In this document: piece after piece, positions 36,492 through 47,638 of the stretch
Layout: each line of letters opens with the position of its first letter
Position numbering within the stretch: the stretch's first letter is position 1
NCBI GenBank assembly: GCA_965285935.1
Contig: OZ260664.1
Location: 48,856,001-48,920,000 of the forward strand
DNA length: 64,000 nt
Direction of reading: 5' to 3'
From: Ophelia neglecta
Taxonomy: Eukaryota
The notes under the pieces: generated by a model
What the model was told of the DNA's origin: nothing
What the model saw: the letters and a program-made list of their open reading frames with translations, nothing else
Database searches by the model: none
Program-made: the position numbers and the translations under genes

Positions 36492-39400
36492 CTGCAAACA
36501 AGGAAGAGATTTTATATGCTCTGGACTACGTTCACACGACTTTCCTTCTTGGATTACAGTTTCTCGACTATAACTGTAAGACGTTATATGAGGACAATAA
36601 ATAAAAAGCGCCCATTTTCGTAGCTGCCAGGTAAACGACGCAAAGGAGCTGAGTGCCTGTTGCACAAAAGAACTCTGGTAAGGTTTTTTTGAAATCGTCT
36701 GTCACAGAGGTACATGTTGCTTGCTTACTTTGGTCCTGAATTAGATAGATCGTTTCGAAGACAAACCTTAGCGATTTTATTTTAGAACTACTACAAAGGG
36801 CTGCAGCCCGTTGTCAGTGGTGTATATAAAAAAAAAGATTGATTAGAGAATTCAATACAGTTTTTTGAAATTGCCATCTGCTAGTTTGCCACTGTTTTGT
36901 CTTCACCTGCCTACCATTCATGATAACCCCATTAGCAAGGGATTCAACGTATATGTTTATCATGCGAGCTCTGCTGACTGGTATTGATTATTTAAGTCAG
37001 GCAACTTGCAACACTGTGGACTGAGTTCACACAAGTTTTATGATGTTAAAATAAAGTTGAAGCAAGCTGTGTGTTCACGCGAGCAGTCCCTCGTGTGGTG
37101 TATTTGTATACTTTGTTTGTTCATTCTAATGCATCCATCGCTTGAACATTGGCAGACTGCCTATCAACCAGCAAGAAATAAAAACAGAAGTTTTCACGTT
37201 GGAATTATTTCTGAAATGTAAAACTTTATTGTACCTAGATATAAATTTAAGATGACTGACAACTTCTAAATGTGGTTTATAAGGCTTCATACAAGTCGTT
37301 TCCTAATATGCAATCGAATCAACCACTGGTATTAAAAAAATACTCAAAACAGCATTATGCATTTATATAGCATAATAAATATGTCGCCTACTAAGAAATA
37401 ACTTACATTAAAGAATAGATAACTTGAGCAGAAAAGGAAACTTATGGTTTTAATTTTCCCGGAGTAAATTATAAACAATAATTTATTTGTTCAAAATGGC
37501 TAATTGTAATAACTGTATGCAAACAGCGGCACACAGGTCAGATGATTCCCACCATATACGGTTTTAAAAAATAGTTTCAGTTGAATCTGTGGTATGATTC
37601 TTCCATGGCGACAGGAATGCGATCAATGATGCGCTCACTCCTGTTTGGCTCTTCCATTTGACCAACTTCCCCGTGCCTTTCACAAAATGACAACCCAGAA
37701 CCATTTCTGTCCTTGACAACAAGTATCACCAAAAACAGTATTACAAAAATGGTGAACAACGACCCTATAATTATGCCGGCAATAGCTCCGGCCGACAGGC
37801 CACTGGTCTCTGGCAGGATAGTGGGGGTCTCTGTCGTCGGCGGATTGAAAGAATCTGAATAGAGGACATGGTACTTTGAACAGCCGCACCAATAAGGAGC
37901 TACGGCAAACAGTTTGCGTATTCTATCATATAAACTATTTTTACCGGTATGCTCATTTAATTAAAGATAATCACAAACCATCAGCATGTATTAAACTCCA
38001 GTAACATTCTTTACGATCCCCGGTTGAGAAACCAATCACATCAACAACTAACATCCTTGGCGTATTATAAGACAACAAAATATCGTCACCCTTTACATTT
38101 CCTGGATTGAAAGACAAACACGCGTCTGCTATGCATACAAGACAGGGGAATTCTCACATCACGTTTATTTGCTTATGTAACTTAATTGAGCAAGAAAGAG
38201 AAAAGTATAAACCTTTCCCAATTTCAATTCCTCCGCCTCCCCACGAGATCCAGAATGGTCTTAATTCCCCACAGTTAAGTACATCCGGTGTTTCCGATCT
38301 GTAAATTGGTTCACTGTCATACAGGCCAATGGCTGTGCTGTAACGAAGGTGATAAAACACGAATCGAATTTACCAATTTTAACGAATCTCCTTTCGCCAA
38401 ACTAGTACAACTACATAGTTATTTACGTGTCTTAATCGCGATTGGAATCGGCCTGTTATAAATATGTGTTATATCAAAATACGATTTTTGGTGAGCAAAA
38501 CACTAACGCTTTGTTGCTATTCGTTCCAATTCTGGCCTCGAGCATACCGTCTGCAAAGCCTACGCCCCGTGACGAGAACACGAGTCTGGCGTCACTGCAC
38601 CCCATCACCGCAAACCTCAGGAAGTCACGGTGTCGTACGGAGGTGTATACCTGATGACGTGCAGTTTTCTCCGTGCTGTTGTGCTGAGCTTTCTTTTCTT
38701 CTGTGCCCGGAGTAACAAATATAGTGTTCTGTCCTATGGACAGATATATAGCATGGAATGTATTTGGTATTTTAGTTGTCAAATTTTTTGAAAAAAATCG
38801 CCTACTTTGGAATTATTAAATGAAATGAAAAGCAAGATTGTTTTAACCTGGAAAATTGAGTGCTTTTACATGGCGCAAAAATTTGTTTTTCTTTTATCAG
38901 ATTTACCAATAATGTCGTCCATTCTCCAGTGCCCCCACTTCCCTTCGAAATCATCATGTACACTGATGGCATTTACTGTCAGATTTAGAACCTCGGCGTT
39001 ATCATATAGGAGAATCTGATTTTGTCCAGGTAAACTGCTGTGTCCGACCGCTATTTGCTCATTGTCCCAACTGATCCAAATGTCTCTTTCGTCTTCACAG
39101 GTAAGAAATTTTTCTATTTTCTCAGTAGCAACGGTCACTTTATTGACTCTTAATGACACTAAGTTATTAACAATGTCGAATATAACAGTGTATTTTCTAT
39201 TTCCTTCAAACCCAGGCAGTCCTAGATCTAAGTCATGACAAAGATCTATGTAAATTGCCGAGCCACACGATGCTAAAGCAAGGCGTAACCAGGTTACATT
39301 TCCATTAAAAACGGTCATGCTCTGGGCGGCAAGTAGGACAAACAATTCTTCACCTATACAGGTAGATTAAAGTATTCTTTAGTCAATCAGAGCTGAGGGA

Positions 39401-42400
39401 CGTATTACTAACTGCAGCAAAAATAAAAAACTAAAAGAATGAAGCCGTTTAGAAGTAATATTTTTATTAAACTGCAAAATATGTACATAAGCACTAATAA
39501 AGTATGACTAACTGTCATGGTCTAAGTAAAGTTAGCAGAGCCCTTGAAATAGTAGATTCTTTGATAAATATACAAGGTCTGAATTAAACATATCGTAAAT
39601 AAATTATACATATTGAAATTCGCTGGACATAGAAATGAATGTGATGGCGTTTCGACATCTTGTATGTCGTTTTATTTCACCAAGCAGAGCAATTAAGCCA
39701 ATATCATGTCTTGTTAGTTGAAGCGGTCATATGGTTCTGTCATGACAGTCACTGGCAAATCAGGCATAACATTTCTCTCCTGGTTCAGTTGAGGCTGGTT
39801 GCTTTCATTTCTGCGAGATATTCGTAGTGTTGGAAGGCCTAATGCAGACCGCCATTTCATCACTAAATGAACTAAGAGCATGATCATCAGGGTGGCGATG
39901 ATAGAGCCGATGACGATTCCTGCTATGGCTCCTGGGCTCAAACCTCCCCCGCCCTGGGGCGGAGGCCCGGTCACCGTCGGCGGAGAGACCGTGGGAAATG
40001 TGTCTGGAAATGTATTTCAGACCATTGTTGATAAGTAGAATTATTCTGTTCAGTCTTGTTTTTTTTTAGCATTGGGGTCTACGAGGTGTACAGTAAAGGA
40101 AATAGTTACCTCAATGACACGTCTTTATCTAGGATATCGATTAAGTGCTCACCAAGTTGTTGTCTTTTAAAGGATTTTATATTTAGCCCGGCTCTTACCG
40201 ATTATTGGACTATTTTTGGATAATGATTTGGCTTTGTCTACCTGCCCGTTTTTTCACACATATATAGTAGTTTTTAAAATTTCTCACCATTAGCCAGTAA
40301 TATACTCCAGGTAGAGTTGCGAGAATCGTGGTTTGAGAATCCCACGGCGTCGACGTGTAACGCTCGTGGTGTGTAGAAGGATAATATTTTACCCTCAAAT
40401 ACAACATCACCTAATACATCATGAATAGAACGGTTTATTATTTTTATCTATTAGACAATTATGGTACTGAAAGCAGCTGATAGAGCATATAGTATATTAA
40501 TGTATACTCTAAATTTCACATTATGGAATAAGAAAAAACAGATATTCCTACCCTCGCCGATTTCAATTCCTCCATTCGTCCACGATATCCAGAAAGACCG
40601 AAGCTCGTCACAGTGTAGAATGTGTGGGGTTGGCATGCTGTATACGGCGTCTGCGCCGAATATTCCAATTTCTGTGCTAATCAAGTCAAAGAGGATGTTA
40701 TTAATTTGTAATCCGGTCCGGGCAATTACTGGAATGGTCTGATATATTTCTTAAATGGGGAAGGTACATGTATATACCGTGTGTTTCCCTTCGATCCTAT
40801 CCTAGCCTCGAGCAGGTCCTCTGTAAGGCTGAGTCCTCTGGATAAGAGGATCAGGCGGGCCTCACTGCACCCCATCACGGCGAACCTCAGCGAAGATCGG
40901 TGGCGAACGGACCGGTACACCGGCAGGTGGAGGTGGGGGGACGACTCCCCGATCCTGGTCTTAGCCATTTCCGAGGTACCGGGCAAAATGAACACAGTCT
41001 TCAGTCCTGAAAGCGCGCTAACGATTTTAGATCAACTGTGTCAAAGAAATCATTAAATTCTCAAATAGGCGAATTTGATATTATGTATAGTCCAACATGC
41101 CCTACCGACATTTTCAAGACTTCTCCAATGACCCCTCGTCTCCCGTGGTTTGTGGTACATGCTAATAGCATTCACTGTCAGATTTAATTGTTCGGCGTTG
41201 GCATATTGCAAAATCTGGTTTTGTCCCGGTATACTGCTGGTGCCGATTGCCAGTTGCTGTCCTTGCCAGCTCACCCAGACATCCCGCTCATCGTCACAAC
41301 TGATCAGGTCTCCGATTGGCTCAGACGCCACATGTGTGCCTCTGATGCGCAATGTAACCGTTTGAAAGTCCTTGTCAAATTGGAATTTATAACATTCAAA
41401 TCCCCCGCTTAATGGATCATCCGATTGTGTCAGTTCAATCAGTTCGATGGAAAAGGATTTCCCACAGGTAGCAAAAGACAATTTTATCCATGTAATGTCC
41501 TGGTCAATAACAATAATGCTCTGTGTTCCAAGTTGGTAGTAAAGTTCGTCCCCTACAAACAACGTTCACAATTCGAATCCAAACAGTATCGAATAATATC
41601 TATATAGAGTACCAGCACCACGGGAAAGTTCGAGAAATAAACACGATCCGAAAATGGAATTATGGAAGAATGTGAAGTAAGAATGCACAGAACGGCGAAA
41701 AAGAGATAATCCTGGTACCGATATTTTACTGTGTTGATATATACAATCGAGGGGGAACTTAAAGTAAGAAGGTTTTGGGAAAGACACACATGTCATAGCG
41801 AACCGCACCCAAATATATTCGGACGTTTAGGTATTATTAAATAGTAAGAGAAAAGAAATGATATTTACACAGCTATTATAGGCCTCATACTTCTAAACAT
41901 GCGTTTTTGTTCATTGGAAACGTAGATACAGACAAGAAATGACGAGGTCATAAAAGTGAACACAAAGTTCTTCCAAATAGAAGAAATGCAATTCTACAAT
42001 TGCAGATGCAAGAATCGACGAAAACGCATATGGCGTATTAGTACCTAATCAAACTCATATTATTTGTCTTTGTGCCATCAGAAGAGCGAGAATTGTTACC
42101 GTTCTCTTCTTCGAATGTCCAGAGTCCATTGCTGGAACCTCCTGTACTAACAGAGAGGGCCCCGACGTAGGGCAGGTCTTCCACTTCCAGCGAGATGATG
42201 GCGTCATGTCCGGGTAGGTAGCCACGGCCTAGGGTCGGTTTACCGTCCCACCAGCTCAACCAAAAGTCAGTGTCGTAATCACAACTCAATAAACCAGAGG
42301 TCTCCACCATGTCTATTGGTAATTGGGAAAGAAAATAAAAGACAGGAAATGAGTGCGGGAACAATGTTTGTGTTTTGTAGGGTGGGGTGTGTTAAAACTT

Positions 42401-45400
42401 AAAGACTTAAAAAGTCCACAACCGAATGATCTCTTAACTTTGTGATAGTTGAAATAGTGGTATACAGAAATTGTAAAGTAGTTAGCTGGAATGTTCAAAT
42501 CCACATCATATTGGGCTTAGCTCGAGGGTTGGCCCGAAGGTCCCAGCCTCTCGAAGCTAGGGTCTTGCACTAACATGTGGGCACATGTTTAGAGTATGTG
42601 AGAGAAGCTTGTATGGGAGATCATTCGCTCTTGTCGAAGATTCCTCTCCGTGTCTCCTCTACGCAATCAACAGCAGGAAATTGTAATTATTTGTCTTGAA
42701 CTAATCAATGGCTATTAATCATGTTTTCCTGACATGCTTCAGCCAATAAAAACTTAATTCATTCATTCATGTTAACCTGTGTACTATCACATGATCATGT
42801 TATCAACTGTGTTCGTTTTCGCATGCACCATATTGGTTCCGGCCCGAGGACCGTTAAAATAGTAAACGTTACAACGGTTGCCATCCGCACCACGTTGTAA
42901 CGCTTTGCTAGATTAACCCAGAATCGTGTTTAGATCTAATTTGATATGCACTTTGATTTTCGTGATATGTATTATAGAACACTTTCTTGTTGTCAATAAT
43001 TGTTATAGCGTACGCATGATCGTCATATTAATTTACCATAACAGTGCAGTGCTTACCTGTGACGTTGTGGGCAGTAGTGATATTTGTGTTAGTCACTTTA
43101 CGAACATAAGTGCGATTCCCCCCTTCGCTGATGACCAGGTCGTAATAATCATTGTCTCCAATCCCTGGAACTGGAAGTAGTGTCACGTGACCTTCTTCGC
43201 AGGCCCTTAGTCTAAAATTGACGTACTCCTGATTTGCCACAGTCCTGATCATCTGGTCATAGTGATCAGAGGCAGCAGGTGTAACCAGCTTCACTCGCTC
43301 ACCTGAATTCGGAATAAAAACCCGGGTGTTTAGAATTTGCCTTCTTTCAACTTCCTGCGGGGCTACACCCATGTTTTTATTTAGTTTTATCATAGTCAAA
43401 ATACTTTGTTATCTATTTATCGTATATATACATTTCCTAAGGAAGTCCTGGTATTCTAGGCCCTCCTTTTTGCCCGGTCGCACATTGCTGCTTAGTATCG
43501 TCTACCCACAGGTGCTTGTCGTAGGTAAGTACCCAGATAAAATTCAACCCCCTATGACCAAAATCGACCCCATTTTAAAACGCCTTATGGCCTGTAATAC
43601 CTTTAAAATTCGTAAAGTTTTAACAGACCTACTCGCTTTCTAACCGGTCGACATTAATAGAATTGCGGATATCTGACGGTCCCGGTATTTATGTTTCGTT
43701 TGTCTCCAGTTCACTTTCGCACATGCTTTCACATATCACTCGCTGATAATCCCGGGATGTTAACTTGGGCCTCCATATTAGCCTGTACTGACCTTGACCC
43801 TAAACTCACCGAGGCGCAAGCGTATGACGCTAGGTTAAATGAACCGCCAATCAGAGGACGGCGCTGCCTTCGCTCCGGTCCTGAGTGGGATAGTTACAGC
43901 ACTGATCGCCATATATATGGAGTTTTACGATGGGGTACCGGTCGATTTTGGTCGAAGTTCGTGTAAGGTTGAATGCGGCCAGGAGGGTGAATTTTTATCT
44001 GGGCACCGAGCTCAGTATTGGGATCGTGTAAGCGACTTATTTTGGACGAAAGTTTTAATATTTGATGCGAAGTTGCGAGTTATTTGCCATCAGGTTTGCG
44101 AAAAACCTCCACTGCCTGGTTCCACCTGTTGCCCAGAAATAGGCTTTTTTTATGGAAATGGCACTTGCCGAAAATCCCTCTCAATTGCAAACCATTAAAT
44201 ATTTACATAGATACGCGGCGGTAGGGCAGTTGGATTATAAGCAGCACTACTGTACCGACAGCAGAGCAGCTTTACAAGCAGCAATTTATATCTAAACATT
44301 GTTTGGAATAAAATGTATCAAATTGAATATACATGTAAATACGTTCAATGTTTGTTTTGTTTCGTATGTTTCGTATGTTCCGTATGCCGTTTGTATCGAA
44401 CTTTACCACTAGACAAGAAGCCTTTTAAACAAATTATGCAGATATAATTGGAAGTTTTCTAGGATATTTTACCACTGTCGTCCCGGAAGTGCACAAGACC
44501 ACTCGTGTTTGGGGTGGTCAAGGCTATTGCTTGAATTCTGCTCACAGTGTTAATGGCGACTGAAAACCACTTGTCAGTACCATAAACCACACCCGGACCC
44601 AGCTCAATCACACCATTGTGCCACGTCAGCCAATTGGGAGTGACCACGTCACACCTTCAAATAAAAAGATTGCGATTTTAGAAAGTGTTCATTGTTTAGT
44701 ATCCCAGCTTGCTCTCTCAGGTCCTCATCTGAGATTGGTCTTAATGTTTCCACAATACCTCTACTCGTGGTTTATTAAGATAATTTGCCAAGTTTATTAT
44801 CGGTATAGTAGGTACACATTTTAATGTGATTACAACGGCTACGTACGTCACTGAATTTTGGATGTCAAAAGTGTGAATCTCTTCATTTACTCTAAGTATA
44901 ACCTTTGTATTTTGGTTTGCTCCGAGGATGAGTTTTACAATCGAATTGTCCTGAAATTACACAATCTTTTATTGAATTTTAAATAAGAATCTAAATTCAT
45001 TGAAAAAAATCCATCACTTTGCATAGTAAAATCGATCCATATACTGATAATAGGCCTACAAGTACATTCATATAAACGCTTGTTTCACACTTTAAGCAAT
45101 TTAGTTTGAAAAAATCCTAACTCTTTACCTCACTATAAGATTTCAGTTCAATGTGAAGTTCACCTAGTGGGCAGGTGGTATGTTGAAATATGAAAAATTC
45201 TTTTCTTGGAGAAGTAACTAACACCTGTTCAAACATCTCTGTTTCGTTGGTCGGTCTGGTAAAGACTGTAGTTGTAGGTTCTGGGAAGACGGAGACAATA
45301 ATAGTTTTCGAGGTTTTATCAAAAACTACACTCTTGATTTGTTCTTATTTAATACAAGATATCTTCCCAGCCATTGCGAATGATAAATCTTGGAAAACTC

Positions 45401-47638
45401 TTTTCGAAAGTTGCTGGTGGCATCGGCAAAACTAAGTATATGATTTACGCGGATTAAATTATAAATCAAAGGAAAATAATTCCACACTGTTGCCATGTTT
45501 TACCCATGTCTTCTGTGAAATACCAATAGCCATCATGCTGAAAGCCCGGAGAAAATGAAATGTGTCTGACATCTATGGGCGTGTCATCTTTCCACCTCAA
45601 AAACCGGCCCAGTCCGTATACAATGCCCGTGCCAACCTTAAAATTTCAAAAGTGACATGAACTAACTGGCATAGATGATTATGGGCCTGCGCCCGACAGT
45701 TTTCGACGGTTTCGGACCAATTTCATGAACTATTCTTTAGTTTGTCTGCCGGGAATCCAGTCCCGGTTTTTCGTAGATATCAAGACTGAATCAGCGAAAC
45801 CGCTGCTTGCACGTGGCTTTTATCTTTGCAAACGCCATTCATGAGCAAGGCCGACCTCTAGTGCCTACATACACATATTTATACTATTGATGATGAAACA
45901 AGTTGCTCAGTATTAAGAATATTGAATAATTAAACACGACATACCTCAATAACTCCATCGTTCCAGCTCACCCAGTACTGTAGCGGTGCGGCGCAGTTGG
46001 CCATGCCTAGCTGATTGTGTCTCGCCTTAATTGTGTCGCCATCCCCACCAATCACGGTCCGGATTAACGACTCGCTATTATTATCTGCACCAATCACTAC
46101 CTCGTATAAGTTTTTATCTAAATCGCCAAAAGTTTGTGTCAAAACGATACTATGGTAACATCCTTTTGCCGAAAAACTGAAGAACTTTTTGGTGGACACT
46201 TGTTTCCATAGCGTTGAATACAACAATAACTCCTTTTCCAGGCTTATGTGCAAATATTCGGCTGAAAGGAAGAAATTTTTGCTTTTAGTCGGTTATATCA
46301 AAGAAATAAAATGATTCTGGTGATTTAAGTTGAGTAATTTGTATAAAAATTTGGATTCATTTCTCACAATACATGCAATACGTTTGTTTCGTTAGATTTA
46401 GAGTATTTGCCTATCACATAAACACTTATAACAAGTCTTCAAAACCTTATATTACTCATCCTTTTGTCAACCATCAGGCGTGCACTGACATATTGATAAT
46501 GAGATTGTTATCAATGATAAATAAGCAATTTCGACTTGAATGTAATTAATTCAGTCAGAGCTTCAAAAGCTATCCATGAAATATATAATGTATATTTACC
46601 TGTGTTTTCATGCACCTGCCACAGTGCTGATGTTTGTATACTGTTAAGACCTATGCTGAGTAGGACCCTGGGGTTTGGGTCTGGATTAGACCAGCTCAAC
46701 AACTCCTCAATCCCGATGGTTGGTCCACGACCAAACTGAATAGATCAAAATATTAGTCAAAATAAGGAAGCGATCCATTTAATAATCTTATAATTCTTTT
46801 CTATAACGTTGAGTGTCTCAAGTTTCAATATAACTATAAATATATACAAGTTCATTGATCGTTTGTTTATCATAATTCTAGTATAAAACGAGCAATGCTA
46901 TTCATTTTCTTTCATCGAAGCATAGTCACCCAACATCTCCATGTTTTCAACAAGCCGAGTGATTAAAATGTTTCCAATGGCTGATAGTATAAACCCTCGA
47001 ATTTATAACAGAACTTGGTGGTATTTTCTTCACCTGAACGACGTTGAAGTCCCAGCTAAGCCAGAACTTTCTGTATTCGTCACAATGAAGTACATCTGGA
47101 GTCTCCGAGCGCGTTATGTAGCCGATCTGAGAGGGGTATCTCAAACCAGTCTGGTTGTTATACTGGTCTCCGATTATCAACTCCACCGTGAAGTCGTCTG
47201 TTGCGTCCTTATAAATAGGGTCGTGACAGGTAGATCGGATTACAATAAGGCAAAAACAGCCAGATCAAGAGCAGTTAATAAGTGTATCAACAGACCTAGT
47301 ATCGTGCCACAATAACGATTTCATAGCCACATTTTGATTACAGTAAATGTAATCATTTTATTTTTATTTTTATTTAAAGAAGTGGCCTTAATATCATCAT
47401 TATTTTGATGCTAATTAAAGAAAAATTACGGTGACAAAGCGCTTTGAGTGATATGTATGCATATGGTGACCGATCGCTCACCAATGCTGCTTGCTCACCA
47501 TTTCCTGGGAGAGCGCCAGAACAGCATTACGGCAGGCTTTGACGGAGAATACGAAACTAAACCTGTCCTCCACCACATACCAGATATTGTAGTGGTTATC
47601 TGGGGATAACCCGGCTGTAAAAAGTGTACTGAGCTCCC
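34275..47638 (-). CDS. Type I membrane protein locus with ten tandem Methyltransf_FA (FAMeT-like) domains and three TM/tail exons
   Basis: Recurrent domain motifs F-x-V-x-[AG]-C, [YE]-x-x-IG-x-x-x-N, TPD[VI]LxCxE, FW[IL]SW-x-x-G-x-IE[IV]G. All exons have GT/AG sites and are in frame. The ATG/signal-peptide exon was not securely found. Confidence 0.88.
37482..37487 (-). terminator. Candidate polyadenylation signal AATAAA for cassette 2
   Basis: About 90 nt after the cassette-2 stop. A second AATAAA lies at 37225-37230. Confidence 0.45.
37577..39353 (-). CDS. Terminal cassette 2: domain A2, domain B2, stalk/TM/tail ending ...ESYHRFN*
   Basis: Exons 39353-38907, 38733-38508, 38337-38213, 38101-37979, 37854-37577. 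TM region GLSAGAIAGIIIGSLFTIFVILFLVILVV. Confidence 0.88.
39463..39468 (-). terminator. Candidate polyadenylation signal AATAAA for cassette 1
   Basis: About 250 nt after the cassette-1 stop, followed on the minus strand by a T-rich tract (39440-39419). Confidence 0.55.
39714..41552 (-). CDS. Terminal cassette 1: domain A1, domain B1, stalk/TM/tail ending ...EPYDRFN*
   Basis: Exons 41552-41106, 41006-40778, 40676-40552, 40410-40288, 40003-39714. TM region GLSPGAIAGIVIGSIIATLMIMLLVHLVM. Confidence 0.88.
42100..47638 (-). CDS. Upstream part of the locus: four FAMeT-like domains (D1-D4)
   Basis: D1 exons 47638-47499, 47207-47034, 46735-46600. D2 46261-45945, 45636-45504. D3 45280-45129, 44950-44847, 44654-44473. 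D4 43302-43057, 42312-42100. Every inter-domain intron is phase 1. Confidence 0.85.
43471..44120. mobile_element. Probable truncated Harbinger-like non-autonomous element in an intron
   Basis: Begins TGCCCGGTCGCACA, resembling the left end at 30658, and has a CpG-rich interior unlike the flanking intron. The right TIR was not found, so the end coordinate is approximate. Confidence 0.4.

Noticed and set aside
36492-37200. Possible own first exon for cassette 3 (ATG at ~36616; GTAAGC donor at ~36728)
   Set aside because: The ATG frame (MGAFYLLSSYNVLQL*) stops early with no phase-1 donor, and the donor has no upstream signal-peptide ORF.
39413-39488. Hydrophobic mini-ORF as a private signal exon for cassette 2
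   Set aside because: Not called as a feature. T-rich DNA encodes F/L/I by chance, the ORF overlaps the cassette-1 poly(A) signal, it needs a 59-nt intron (others in the locus are about 99 nt or more), and cassette 3 has no equivalent. It is kept as a testable alternative.
42515-42565. Imperfect hairpin (CGAGGGTTGG…CCAGCCTCTCG) in the D4 intron as a splice-selector structure
   Set aside because: It lies inside D4 rather than after the shared donor, I found no complementary partner near the cassette acceptors, and it resembles a repeat-derived hairpin.
34275-47638. Annotation as a juvenile-hormone pathway enzyme (farnesoic acid O-methyltransferase)
   Set aside because: Tandem Cys-paired, sequon-rich domains ahead of a stalk and TM indicate an extracellular repeat protein. 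I saw no SAM-binding motif.
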